This document shows, in pieces, positions 1-10,101 of a DNA stretch of 64,000 nucleotides. A program made the translations under genes and the position numbers. The stretch's first letter is position 1; each line of letters starts with the position of its first letter. Source of the DNA: Elusimicrobiota bacterium (GTDB lineage Bacteria; Elusimicrobiota; Elusimicrobia; UBA1565; UBA9628); NCBI GenBank assembly GCA_044450965.1, contig JBIOJO010000006.1, forward strand, positions 22,459-86,458, read 5' to 3'. The notes under the pieces are model-generated. The model saw nothing but the letters and a program-made list of their open reading frames with translations, was not told where the DNA came from and did no database searches.

Positions 1-997
<997 letters not shown>

Positions 998-1014
<17 letters not shown>

Positions 1015-2008
1015 GCTTCCCCCGCTCCTCGCGCTCGCCCTCCTTTCGGCCTGCTCCCCGGTTTACGTCGCGCGCTCCGCGGCGGGACATGCCGGTCTCC
1101 TGTGGCGGCGCCGCTCCATCGCGGCCACAGCGGCCGATCCCGCGACCTCTCCGGAGCAGAAGGCGAAGCTGGAACTGGCGTTGGAGATCCGCGAGTTCGC
1201 GTTCAAGCGCTTGGCGCTGACGCGGTCCCACGCCTACGAGACGTGGACGCCGGTGAAGGGCGCGGTCACATGGCTGGTCTCCGCGTCGGACCGAACGAAA
1301 CTGAATTCCCACCAGTTCCGCTTCCCGTTGATCGGCTCCTTCCCTTACAAAGGGCATTTTCGCCGCGATCTGGCGGAGGCGGAGGCCGCTTCGTTGGAGA
1401 CGAAGGGCTATGACTCGACCGTCTCCGGCGCCGGCGCGTACAAAACCCCCCTGCCGATCGCCGATCCCCTGCCGTCCACCGTCCTGAACGCGGGCGAAGG
1501 CGACCTGGCGGAGACATTAATTCATGAATTGACCCACGGGACGGTGTACTTCAAGAATCAAACCGACTTCGACGAGGCGCTGGCGACCTGGGCCGGCGTT
1601 CGCGGGGCGGAGGATTTTCTGGCCGAGAGATTCGGCCCGGACTCGACGCAGATGAAGGCCTGGCGGGACGGCGTTTCAATGGAAGCGAAACGCGAGAAAA
1701 TATACGGCGATTTGCGCGAGAAATTGGCGGCCCTGTACGACGGTCCGGGAACCGACGCCGAGAAGCTGGAAAAACGACTGGATGTGTTCGAGTGGGCGCG
1801 CGCGGAAGCCAAGTCGCGCGGGTTGGCGCCGTTGCGTGAACCGCTCAACAACGCCGTGGTCCTGGCGCACGCGCTGTACGCGCCGGATTTTTCGCCCTTC
1901 GACGCGCTGTTCGAGAAGAACGGGCGCGACTGGCCGCGGACGATCGCCGCGCTGAAGGCGTTGGACCGAAAGGATCCCTTCGCCGCGCTGAAGAACGCCG
2001 CGCGCTGA
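998..2008 (+). CDS. putative zinc aminopeptidase-like lipoprotein (Aminopep/DUF2265-like, from memory)
   Basis: TTG start overlaps the ispG end by 17 nt. Lipobox LLSAC follows a basic n-region. HExxH zinc motif IHELTH. High GC3 frame. Confidence 0.65.
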
Positions 2009-2057
2009 GGCTGGCCGTTCCGTTGCGATCCGCCCAGGGCAGTCCCAGGAGGGTGCG

Positions 2058-3725
2058 ATGCCAGTGATCCAGCCGTTGGAATCGTCCGAGGAAATAGTCC
2101 GTCCCGCCGAAACCGGCATGGCGCTCCTCCAGAATCCGGTGCTGAACAAAGGCTCGGCGTTCTCGCGCGAGGAGCGTCTGCGCCTGGGCATACTCGGCCT
2201 GGTCCCGCCCCACGTTTCGACCATGGAGCAGCAGGTGGATCGCGTGCTGGAGAACGTGCGCAGCCAGACCAGCGACCTGCACCGCTACGTGGAGATGATT
2301 TCCCTCCTGGACCGGAACGAAACCCTTTTCTACAAGGTCGTCATGGACAACCTGGATGAGATGATGCCGATCATCTACACGCCCGTCGTCGGCAAGGCCT
2401 GCCAGCTCTACGGCCACATCTTCCGCCGCCCCCGCGGCCTGTTCATCACCCGGCGCGAGCGCGGCATGATGCGGGATGTCCTGCGCAACTGGGCGCACCG
2501 CGACGTGCGCGTCATCGTGGTCACCGACGGTGAGCGCATCCTGGGCCTGGGAGATCTGGGCGCCAACGGCATGGGCATCCCCGTGGGCAAGCTCTCCCTG
2601 TACACGGCCTGCGCCGGCATCCATCCGTCGAACACCCTGCCGGTGATGCTGGACATGGGCACGAATTCCCCGGAACTGCTCAACGACCCGCTGTATCTGG
2701 GCGAGCGCGAGAAGCGCCTGACCGGAGCGGCCTTCGACGAGTTGGTCGAGGAGTTCGTGATCGCGGTCCAGGAGATCTTCCCCCACGCGATCATCCAGTG
2801 GGAGGATTTCGCCAACCACAACGCGTTCCGCATATTGGAGAAGTACCGCGACCGGGCCCGCACGTTCAACGACGACATCCAGGGCACGGCGGCGGTGACC
2901 TTGGCCGGCCTTTACTCGTCGGCGGAGATCACCGGCCTGAGGCTCAAGGACCAGCGCTTCCTGTTCTGCGGCGCCGGAGAGGCGGCCATCGGCATCGGAA
3001 ACCTGATCGTCAGCGCGCTGATGGCCGAGGGCCTCACGTCCGCGGACGCGGCGTCGCGGTGCTGGTTCATGGACTCGAAGGCGCTGGTGGAAAGCAGCCG
3101 TTCCGACCTGCAGGAGCACAAGCGCGCCTACGCCCACAAGCACGCTCCGGTCACGGACCTGGCGGCGGCGGTGCGCGAGCTGAAGCCGACCTCTTTGATC
3201 GGCGTCTCCGGCAAGAAGGGGCAGTTCACACGCGCGATCGTCGAGGAGATGTCCCGCCTCAACAAGCGCCCCGTCATCTTCGCGCTGTCCAACCCCACCG
3301 ACAACGCGGAGTGCACCGCCGAGGACGTCTACCAGTGGTCCGGCGGCCGGGCGATCTTCGCCAGCGGCAGTCCGTTCGCCCCGGTGACCTACAAGGGCAA
3401 GACCTTCGTTCCGGGCCAGGGCAACAACGCGTACATCTTCCCGGGCGTGGGCCTGGGCGTGGTCGCCAGCGGCGCGAAGCGCGTCACCAACGAGATGTTC
3501 TTCGAGTCCGCGAAGGCCTTGGCGTCCTGCGTGACGAAGGAGGACCTGGACATGGGGCGCCTGTTCCCGGCCCTGACGCGCATCCGCGAGGTGTCGGCCA
3601 TCATCGCGGAGGCCGTGGCCGGAGTGGCGTACGAAAAGGGCCTGACCAGCGAGGCGTGGCCCGAGGATCTGGGGAGCCACGTCCGCGCGCTTCAGTACAA
3701 GCCCGCGTACAAAAAGTACGTCTGA
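2058..3725 (+). CDS. maeA: NAD(P)-dependent malic enzyme
   Basis: Full length, 555 aa. AGGAGGG lies upstream of the ATG. Motifs VVTDGERILGLGDLG, FNDDIQGTAAV and GAGEAAIGI are typical of malic enzymes. Confidence 0.9.
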   Translation: MPVIQPLESSEEIVRPAETGMALLQNPVLNKGSAFSREERLRLGILGLVPPHVSTMEQQVDRVLENVRSQTSDLHRYVEMISLLDRNETLFYKVVMDNLDEMMPIIYTPVVGKACQLYGHIFRRPRGLFITRRERGMMRDVLRNWAHRDVRVIVVTDGERILGLGDLGANGMGIPVGKLSLYTACAGIHPSNTLPVMLDMGTNSPELLNDPLYLGEREKRLTGAAFDELVEEFVIAVQEIFPHAIIQWEDFANHNAFRILEKYRDRARTFNDDIQGTAAVTLAGLYSSAEITGLRLKDQRFLFCGAGEAAIGIGNLIVSALMAEGLTSADAASRCWFMDSKALVESSRSDLQEHKRAYAHKHAPVTDLAAAVRELKPTSLIGVSGKKGQFTRAIVEEMSRLNKRPVIFALSNPTDNAECTAEDVYQWSGGRAIFASGSPFAPVTYKGKTFVPGQGNNAYIFPGVGLGVVASGAKRVTNEMFFESAKALASCVTKEDLDMGRLFPALTRIREVSAIIAEAVAGVAYEKGLTSEAWPEDLGSHVRALQYKPAYKKYV

Positions 3726-3734
3726 GCGCCGGAG

Positions 3735-4907
3735 CTAGAAGTAGTACTGCGCCGTCAGGACGGTCTGGTTGGGCTGGCGGCCGTACTCCGTGGCGCGCGT
3801 GCCGCCGAAGCGCTGGATCCCCGCCGACAGGTACAGGTCGTTGAGCGCGTTCCAGGTCAGCGCGGGCGCGAAGAAGGTCGAGCCGTCATCGGCGTTGGCG
3901 ACCGCGTACAGCTCCAGCTTGAGCAGCGGGTGCAGGTCCTTGGAGACGGACGCGCCGAAGTAATCGCGGGCGACGGAAACCTCCTTGCCGAGAAGGACCG
4001 GAGCGAAGTTGTAGCGATGCACATCCGTTTGGCCGTTTCCGGCGCGGTAGTATTCCATCACGAAGGCCGCGTCCTTAAGCCACTTCAGCTTCGTTTCTGA
4101 CGGCACGTTGTAGTCGTAGCCGATCCCGGCCTTCCAGTACGGCGTGCACCATTGGGGATGGAAATAGCCCCACTCGCCGTGAAGCGTGCCGTCCGCGACG
4201 GTGCCGGCGAAATCGCCTCCGACCATGAAGGCCGCCGTCGAGCCCGCGATCTTGCCGCCCAGAAGAGACGCGTCCCAGCCGCCGAAGTTCCCCCGGCCGC
4301 GCAATAACATCTGCTGGTCCACCCAGCGATCTTCTCCGGCCCATACGTATTCGACCTGCCCGAGGGTCCCGACTCCGGCTCGCGCATAGAATGCGTCCAC
4401 ACCGCGGCGTTCGTCGCGCTCGACCGACGTCGGCGAGTACGGGTTGAGCACGTCGGTCGGGTTCCAAATCTTGCCCGTGCCCCAGGCGATACGCTGGCGG
4501 CCGGCGCGCAGGATGCCCTTATCCCCCTCGATGCCCACGTAGGCGCGGTACGCGCCGATGCCGTAGCCGTTCGTTACGCCGGTCGAGACCGTGTGCTCCA
4601 TGGACAGCCAGGGCTTCGGCGGCGAGTAGCCGAACACCTTGAAGTCCCGCGTGCGGAAGAAAGATCCCGCGGCCAGCTGGTTGTCGAAGTCGGCGTGCGC
4701 CTCGAGCGGGCCGCTCTTGCCGTCGACCGTCAGGCGCGCGCGGGAGGTGTTGAGATAATACGGCCGGTCGTCGAGCGTGCCGTGCGAGTACTGATAGATG
4801 TCTTTCAGGTAGCCGGAGAACTTCACTTCGGCGCCGGCTCGCGGAACGAATAGGCAGAACATTATCGCGACGGCGGCCGCGCGCGCGAAGTTATTCACAT
4901 GATTCAC
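3735..4907 (-). CDS. putative outer-membrane beta-barrel (porin-like) protein
   Basis: Signal peptide (...FCLFVPRAGAEV). Alternating, aromatic and Gly-rich strands. C-terminal aromatic end ...LTAQYYF. Last gene of the LolA-like/ABC operon. Confidence 0.5.
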   Translation of the reverse strand: MNHVNNFARAAAVAIMFCLFVPRAGAEVKFSGYLKDIYQYSHGTLDDRPYYLNTSRARLTVDGKSGPLEAHADFDNQLAAGSFFRTRDFKVFGYSPPKPWLSMEHTVSTGVTNGYGIGAYRAYVGIEGDKGILRAGRQRIAWGTGKIWNPTDVLNPYSPTSVERDERRGVDAFYARAGVGTLGQVEYVWAGEDRWVDQQMLLRGRGNFGGWDASLLGGKIAGSTAAFMVGGDFAGTVADGTLHGEWGYFHPQWCTPYWKAGIGYDYNVPSETKLKWLKDAAFVMEYYRAGNGQTDVHRYNFAPVLLGKEVSVARDYFGASVSKDLHPLLKLELYAVANADDGSTFFAPALTWNALNDLYLSAGIQRFGGTRATEYGRQPNQTVLTAQYYF

Positions 4908-4943
4908 AATACGACTGTCCCCGGGGACAGTCTCTCGCCGAGG

Positions 4944-5639
4944 TCAGCGCGAGTGGTGTTCTTCACCGTGCAGCGTCCCGTCCAGCAGATGGACCACGCG
5001 GCGCGCGCGGGAAAGCACGGCCGGATCGTGGCTGGAAAACAGGAAGGTCACGCCGTGCTCGGCGTTGAGGCTTCCCATCAGGTCGAGCAGGGCCGCGCCG
5101 GTCTTGGAGTCCAGGTTGGCGGTGGGCTCGTCGGCCAGCACCAAAGCCGGGCGGTGGACGATGGCGCGCGCCACGGCGACGCGCTGCTGCTGGCCGCCGG
5201 AGAGCAGGTCGGGGCGGCGGTTCGCGAATCCTTCCAGCCCCACCCATTTCAGCGCCTCGTGCGCGGCGGCGCGGCGCTCCTCCGTGCCGACGCCGCGGAG
5301 CACCAGCGGGTACTCGACGTTCTCCGCGGCGGTGAGCACTGGGATGAGGTTGTAGGCCTGGAAGACGAACCCGAGCGCTCCCAGGCGGAAGTCGGCCAGC
5401 TGATCGGCGTCCAGCTTGGTCACCACGCGGCCGTCGTGGATGATCTCCCCTTTCGTCGGCCGGTCGAGCGTGCCGATCAGGTTGAGCAAGGTGGATTTCC
5501 CCGAGCCGGACGGTCCGGCCAAAGCGGAGAACTCCCCGCGCTCGACCTTGAAGCTCACGCCGCGCACGGCCGCGACCTTCGTCCCGCCCGGATAGATCTT
5601 CTCGACGCCGCGCAGCTCCACCAGAGGATGCTTAGACAT
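4944..5639 (-). CDS. ABC transporter ATP-binding protein (MacB/LolD type)
   Basis: Walker A GPSGSGKST, signature LSGGQQQR, Walker B LVLADEPT. Overlaps the upstream permease by 8 nt. Confidence 0.9.
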   Translation of the reverse strand: MSKHPLVELRGVEKIYPGGTKVAAVRGVSFKVERGEFSALAGPSGSGKSTLLNLIGTLDRPTKGEIIHDGRVVTKLDADQLADFRLGALGFVFQAYNLIPVLTAAENVEYPLVLRGVGTEERRAAAHEALKWVGLEGFANRRPDLLSGGQQQRVAVARAIVHRPALVLADEPTANLDSKTGAALLDLMGSLNAEHGVTFLFSSHDPAVLSRARRVVHLLDGTLHGEEHHSR

Positions 5640-6846
5640 GGCGCAGGGCCTCCGCCGGCTTCAAACGCCCGGCGCGGAACGCGGGCGGGAGGGTCGCCAG
5701 CAAGGTGACCACGAAGACGGTCGCGCACGCGAAGGCGTGCATGCCCCAGGCGGGACGCAGGAAGATCACCGACGGGAAGGGCAGGAAATATTTGAAGGCG
5801 TCGCCGACGGGCAGGGCCAGCCCGACGCGGCCGAAATGCCAGATCAAAAGCGAGCCGACCGCCATGCCGAACAAGGTCCCCACCGTACCCAGTAAGGCCG
5901 ACTCGACGATGAGCAGGCGCACGATCCAGCGCGGGCGCGCGCCGATGGCCATCAGCACGCCGAACTCGCGCACGCGCTCGAACAGGCTCATCAGCTGGGT
6001 GTTGAGGATTCCCAGGGCCACGATGGCGAAGACCACTCCTAGAACGATCGTGAGCAGGCCGTCCTGGAAGGCCTGGATGCCGATGATCTCCCGGTCGATG
6101 CTGCGCCAGCTGAGGGCGCCGATCTCTCCCGGCCCCAGCTTCGCGTCCAGATCGGCCGCGACCTGGGCGGCCTGTCCGATGTCCTTGAGCTTGGCCGCCA
6201 GCTGGTTGGCCTGGCCCGGACGGCCCAGCAGTTCCTGCATGGCCTTGAGCGGGATCCAGACCATCTGGCCGTCGAACGACTCCGAGCCGGTCTCGTGGAT
6301 GCCGACCAGCCGGAACACCTCGGCGCCCATGGAGCCGTCGGCGGCCTGGGCCATCAGCACCACCTTCTCGCCCAGGCGCACGTCCAGGCGCTTGGCGATC
6401 TTGCGGCCCATGACCACGCCCTTCGGCTGGCCCTCCAGGTAGGTTCCTTCCTTCAAATAGCCCGCCATGTCGGTGAGGCGGCGCTCCTTCTCCGGCTCGA
6501 CGGCGCAGATCAACGCGCCCAAGGACATCTTCGGCGCGGAGATCAGTCCCGTGATCTGGATTCGCCGGCCCCAGACCAGGATGCGCGGGTCCGCCTCCAG
6601 CAGCTTCGCGGCGGGTTCAGGGTCGGCCATGAACTTGTCCGGAAACTTGGGCTCATCCACGTCGCGGCGCTGGATGCGCACGTGGCCGGTGAAGGATCCC
6701 GTCGCCTTCTCGATCAGCTGGAACTGCAGGGATTTCATCATGCTCTGGCCGAACATGATCGCCGCCAGGCCGAAGCCCATCGCGGCCACGTTGATCAAAG
6801 ACCGCCGGCGGTTGCGCCAGACGTTACGCCAGGCCAGGCGCAGCAT
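5632..6846 (-). CDS. ABC transporter permease, FtsX/MacB-LolCE family
   Basis: 404 aa. N-terminal TM segment, a large periplasmic domain, then three C-terminal TM segments (FtsX layout). Adjacent to a MacB-type ATPase. Confidence 0.85.
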   Translation of the reverse strand: MLRLAWRNVWRNRRRSLINVAAMGFGLAAIMFGQSMMKSLQFQLIEKATGSFTGHVRIQRRDVDEPKFPDKFMADPEPAAKLLEADPRILVWGRRIQITGLISAPKMSLGALICAVEPEKERRLTDMAGYLKEGTYLEGQPKGVVMGRKIAKRLDVRLGEKVVLMAQAADGSMGAEVFRLVGIHETGSESFDGQMVWIPLKAMQELLGRPGQANQLAAKLKDIGQAAQVAADLDAKLGPGEIGALSWRSIDREIIGIQAFQDGLLTIVLGVVFAIVALGILNTQLMSLFERVREFGVLMAIGARPRWIVRLLIVESALLGTVGTLFGMAVGSLLIWHFGRVGLALPVGDAFKYFLPFPSVIFLRPAWGMHAFACATVFVVTLLATLPPAFRAGRLKPAEALRHV

Positions 6847-6847
6847 C

Positions 6848-7606
6848 TCAGCGTCCGCCCTTCTGCAGGCGCTGGTAGCTGAAGAAGTCGTCGGCCAGGG
6901 GCAGGTCGAACTCGAGCTCCTTGTATTGGAGAATGGTGCGTTGGCCCTTCTTGGAGGCGGGCACGCACTCCAGGCGCGCCGGGACGCGGCGGCCGCCCAG
7001 GATCTTGATGTCCGACAACGTGATGGTTCGGATCAGCTCCCCCCGCTCGGAGTAGTCCTCCTCCAGGAGGCCCACGACGCTTTGGTCGTCGTACAGCGCC
7101 ACGTCGGTGATGATCTTTCCCCACACGACCGGCGCGTCGGGCTTCGGAATCGCCTCGATGTGGTAAACGGTGCGGCCCTCTTCCTTTTTCGTGGACAGGA
7201 GCTTGTGCGTGTAGTCCTTGACGATGGAGTCGGCCTTGACGATGTCTTCGTACGTGAAATCCGAGCCCTGCCAGGCGGAGTGCATCATCGTGGGCGGGAT
7301 CTTGATCACGCGCTCCACCTTCGGCAGCCACACCCACATCTCGTTCTTGCGCCGCAGGGTGGTCTCGCCGCGCTCCTTGGCCGGCGCGCGGATCACGATG
7401 AAGGCCATGGCGCGATCCTTGTTCCAGCCCTCCACTTCCAGCGAGCGCTTCCACTCCGGCGTCTCGATGGTCATCACCAGCCGTCCGCGGCTGGAGTCGC
7501 CGCGCAGGGCCTTGTTGGCGCGGTCGACCAGCTCGTGGATGTCCGGCTCGGCGGCGGAGGCGGCGGTGGCGAGAAGGAGAAGGCCGGCGGAGAGGAGTCG
7601 CTTCAC
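6848..7606 (-). CDS. periplasmic LolA-like lipoprotein-sorting family protein
   Basis: GTG start and signal peptide (LLLLATAASAAEP). The motif MWVWLPKVERVIKIPPTMMHSAWQGSDFTYEDI resembles the LolA_like family. Stop is 1 nt from the permease start. Confidence 0.75.
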   Translation of the reverse strand: MKRLLSAGLLLLATAASAAEPDIHELVDRANKALRGDSSRGRLVMTIETPEWKRSLEVEGWNKDRAMAFIVIRAPAKERGETTLRRKNEMWVWLPKVERVIKIPPTMMHSAWQGSDFTYEDIVKADSIVKDYTHKLLSTKKEEGRTVYHIEAIPKPDAPVVWGKIITDVALYDDQSVVGLLEEDYSERGELIRTITLSDIKILGGRRVPARLECVPASKKGQRTILQYKELEFDLPLADDFFSYQRLQKGGR

Positions 7607-7660
7607 GCCCGCATTCTACAAACTGTTCGCGGGGTTTCAGCGCGCGGGCGAAGGTCCAAG

Positions 7661-7754
7661 ATCGGCCTGAGGTGCGGGCGTCCTCATGGGACCGAAAGAA
7701 ACGAATACGGTTCATCTACACATTTGAGTGATGAGTCCCGCGCCTCAGGCCGAT
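7661..7754. repeat. 18-bp inverted repeat (one G-T position) enclosing 58 nt, at the 3' end of the DNA glycosylase gene
   Basis: ATCGGCCTGAGGTGCGGG (7661-7678) pairs with CCCGCGCCTCAGGCCGAT (7737-7754). An inner CTCAT/ATGAG pairing extends the stem. The interior is comparatively AT-rich. Confidence 0.5.
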
Positions 7755-8242
7755 AATGGGAGATATTCCCGGAGGCGGTTCCAGGCGGCGAGCTTTTCCG
7801 CCCATGGAAGCGAGGCATGAGCCGGACTTGACGACGGGAGCAGATGAACGGCGATGTCCTCCGGCGCGCCGCACGCTCGGCGGAACGAGTCCGCCGCCTT
7901 GCGGCCGTTGAGGTACACCGCGCGTATGCGGCGACGGCGAATCAGGTCCAGCACGGCGTTGTGCGTCTCTCCGCGGATCGCGGAATCCAGGCTGCCCTCG
8001 CGCTCCGCTTCGGCGACGACGTCCCACAGCGCGACGCCGCGGGCCTTGAGGCGCGCCAGGCGCTTCGCGTACGGGAGCCCGCGCAGATCCTCCCCCAGAG
8101 CCGCGCCGACCAGCTCCCAGAAGCGATTGCGCGGGTGACCGTAGTACTGGCCCAGCTTGAGCGAGGCCTCGCCGGGCAGCGAGCCGAGGATCAGGACGCG
8201 AGGACTGCGCCCGACGACCGGCGCGAACGACCGCTTCTTCAT
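7745..8242 (-). CDS. uracil-DNA glycosylase superfamily protein, family-6-like (hypoxanthine/deoxyinosine DNA glycosylase)
   Basis: Internal Met of ORF 7745..9049 (165 aa by counting). Motif VLILGSLPGEASL...QYYGHPRNRFW. ATGA overlap with the stop of the upstream cyclase. Confidence 0.75.
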   Translation of the reverse strand: MKKRSFAPVVGRSPRVLILGSLPGEASLKLGQYYGHPRNRFWELVGAALGEDLRGLPYAKRLARLKARGVALWDVVAEAEREGSLDSAIRGETHNAVLDLIRRRRIRAVYLNGRKAADSFRRACGAPEDIAVHLLPSSSPAHASLPWAEKLAAWNRLREYLPLSA

Positions 8243-10056
8243 TTCGCGGCGCGCGGACGCAGGCGCCAGAGCCGCCGGGAGCCGGTCAGGCCCTTCAATT
8301 CGCTCTCGAAGACTTCCTCGGACGGCGACCGCCGGGAGAGGACCTCTCGGATCGAGGGATCGTCGCGCAGGGACTCGCTGAGGACGACGTCTCCCCCCTC
8401 GCTCTCGTTCTGGACGCGGGCGGCGACGTTGGCGGTGGTGCCGAAGTAGTCCAGGACGCCGCCGGCGTTGATGGCGATGGCCGCGCCCTCGTGCACGCCG
8501 ATCTTCAGGATCACGGGAGAGCGCGGCGAGAGCTTCTTGTCCAGCTCGGCGATGCGCTCCTGCATGTCCAGCGCGGCCTCCACGGCGTCCGCTCCGGAGG
8601 AGAACACGGCCATCACCGCGTCGCCGATGGTCTTGACCACCGCGCCGCGGCGCGCGGCGATGATGGCGGTCAGGTAATCGAAGTGATCGCGCACGACGCC
8701 GTAGGCGGTCGCGTCGCCCACGCGCTCGTACATCGCCGTGGATCCCTTCAGGTCGGTGAACAGCAGGGCCAGCCGCTTGACGCCGATCTCCAGGCCCGGC
8801 GACAGTACCTCGGACGAGAACAGGCAGCGGAACTCGTTGAGCGAGGTGACCAAGGCCGCGGTGGCGCCGGCGTCCTTCCAGTTCTCCCGCTCCAGGCGCG
8901 CCAGCTCGGGCTCGTCGGCGGACAGGCGCAGGCGCACCTCGCCGGGCTTGAAGAACATTTCCTTGGGTTTGGAAGCGTCGGACAGGTTCACGGTCAACTC
9001 CGAGGGCGCGTCGGCGCGCGGCACCAGGAGCACGCTGCACTTCTCGCACAGACCGCGCAGGCGGTAGGAGCGGGAGTCGAGGTCCACGTCGAGGACCTTG
9101 ATCGTCCCGGGCGTCAACGGCGACTGCGCCACGGCCTGGGGCGAGTGGGCGGGGCTTCCGGCGCAGAAGACGCCCACCTCGGCGCGGCGCACGCTCGGGT
9201 GGACGCTGAAGCGCAGCTCCACGGACTCATCGAAGCCGACGCCGTAGTCGATCTTGCAGCCGCCGCAATGGGACGTCTTCTTGAGGCCGCTCAAGCCGCC
9301 GACGGTCTCCGGCGCGGAGCCGCAGTTCGGGCACATGATTTCCCAGCTGAGATCGAGAAGCCCCGCCTTGACCGCGTGCAGGCACGCGCACAGCACCGCC
9401 AGCCGCGGCAGCCCCCAACGGTCGGCCAGCACGAACGGACGGAAACGGGCGACCTCGTCGTCGGGCGCCGAACGCAGGTGCTCGACGAGACGCGCGGCGG
9501 CCGCGGGGTCCGACGCCGACTGTTCCAGCGCCTTGGCGCGCGACGACAGCAGAGACAGATCGGTCTCCGACGCGGTGCGCGGAAGGCAGCCGCACTCTCC
9601 CGACGGGAGGATCGAGGCGTCGATCTTGCGGTACACGTCCAAGAGGCCGTCCACGCGGTTCTCGCCGATGACGCGCAGCAGCGCGCTCGGGTAGGGCGGG
9701 CGGCCGAGGAAGGTCCCGTCGAGCACGACGCGCGTGCCTGTCCCGTCCGGCTCCAGCCGCATCGTGCCCGTCATCCTCTTCAAAGGGCCGTTCTCGAACT
9801 CGCGGACCAAGGTGTAGTAGCGGCCGTCCACGTATTCAAACGGGCTTTCCCGCCAGCGGAAGGTCAGGCCCAGCACGCGGGCGCTGACGAGTCGCTCGTG
9901 GCCGGAGTCCGCGCGGACGACCGAGTTCTCCGGGACCCCCATGGAGCGGTTCAGACGGTTCGTGTTGGACAGCAAAGGCCACAGCACGTCCGGGGGCGCC
10001 TTCAGCCGGGCCGACCTTTGGATGCGGATCTCGCTCACCCGGCTATTGTGCGCCAT
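8239..10056 (-). CDS. class III adenylate/guanylate cyclase with N-terminal SRPBCC-like domain and Cys-rich middle domain
   Basis: Internal Met (MAHNSRV) of ORF 8239..11907, 605 aa by counting. N-terminus has the SRPBCC pattern. Zinc-ribbon-like CPNC...CGGC. C-terminal cyclase motifs LLFTDLKGST and KTIGDAVMAVF. Confidence 0.8.
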   Translation of the reverse strand: MAHNSRVSEIRIQRSARLKAPPDVLWPLLSNTNRLNRSMGVPENSVVRADSGHERLVSARVLGLTFRWRESPFEYVDGRYYTLVREFENGPLKRMTGTMRLEPDGTGTRVVLDGTFLGRPPYPSALLRVIGENRVDGLLDVYRKIDASILPSGECGCLPRTASETDLSLLSSRAKALEQSASDPAAAARLVEHLRSAPDDEVARFRPFVLADRWGLPRLAVLCACLHAVKAGLLDLSWEIMCPNCGSAPETVGGLSGLKKTSHCGGCKIDYGVGFDESVELRFSVHPSVRRAEVGVFCAGSPAHSPQAVAQSPLTPGTIKVLDVDLDSRSYRLRGLCEKCSVLLVPRADAPSELTVNLSDASKPKEMFFKPGEVRLRLSADEPELARLERENWKDAGATAALVTSLNEFRCLFSSEVLSPGLEIGVKRLALLFTDLKGSTAMYERVGDATAYGVVRDHFDYLTAIIAARRGAVVKTIGDAVMAVFSSGADAVEAALDMQERIAELDKKLSPRSPVILKIGVHEGAAIAINAGGVLDYFGTTANVAARVQNESEGGDVVLSESLRDDPSIREVLSRRSPSEEVFESELKGLTGSRRLWRLRPRAAK

Positions 10057-10101
10057 CGTTCCCCCGGCGTCAAGCGCCCGGAAAAAGTTAAGATAGCGGC
10101 C

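Noticed and set aside
1845-3680. 611-aa ORF on the minus strand
   Set aside because: It is fully antisense to the well-supported malic enzyme gene. The Arg/Ala/Gly/His-rich translation has no motifs. This is a typical shadow ORF in high-GC DNA.
7690-7736. Possible hammerhead-ribozyme core (GAAA ... GTGATGAG) inside the inverted-repeat element
   Set aside because: The core is GUGAUGAG rather than CUGAUGA. The GAAA is not adjacent to the enclosing stem, as a type II topology would require. No stems I or III could be drawn.
8239-10056. Interpreting the cyclase as a Pycsar/CBASS-type antiphage cyclase
   Set aside because: It has a large multi-domain sensor architecture and no TM, TIR or nuclease effector gene. 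The downstream partner is a repair-type glycosylase. The idea is kept only as a low-probability alternative in the finding.
8491-10101. N-terminal 537 aa of the 1318-aa plus-strand ORF (and, reciprocally, 10057-11907 of the 1222-aa minus-strand ORF)
   Set aside because: Each extension is antisense to the other gene's genuine coding part. The recognisable domains start at the GTG at 10102 (GH57) and the ATG at 10056 (cyclase). The extensions are Arg/Gly/Ala-rich.
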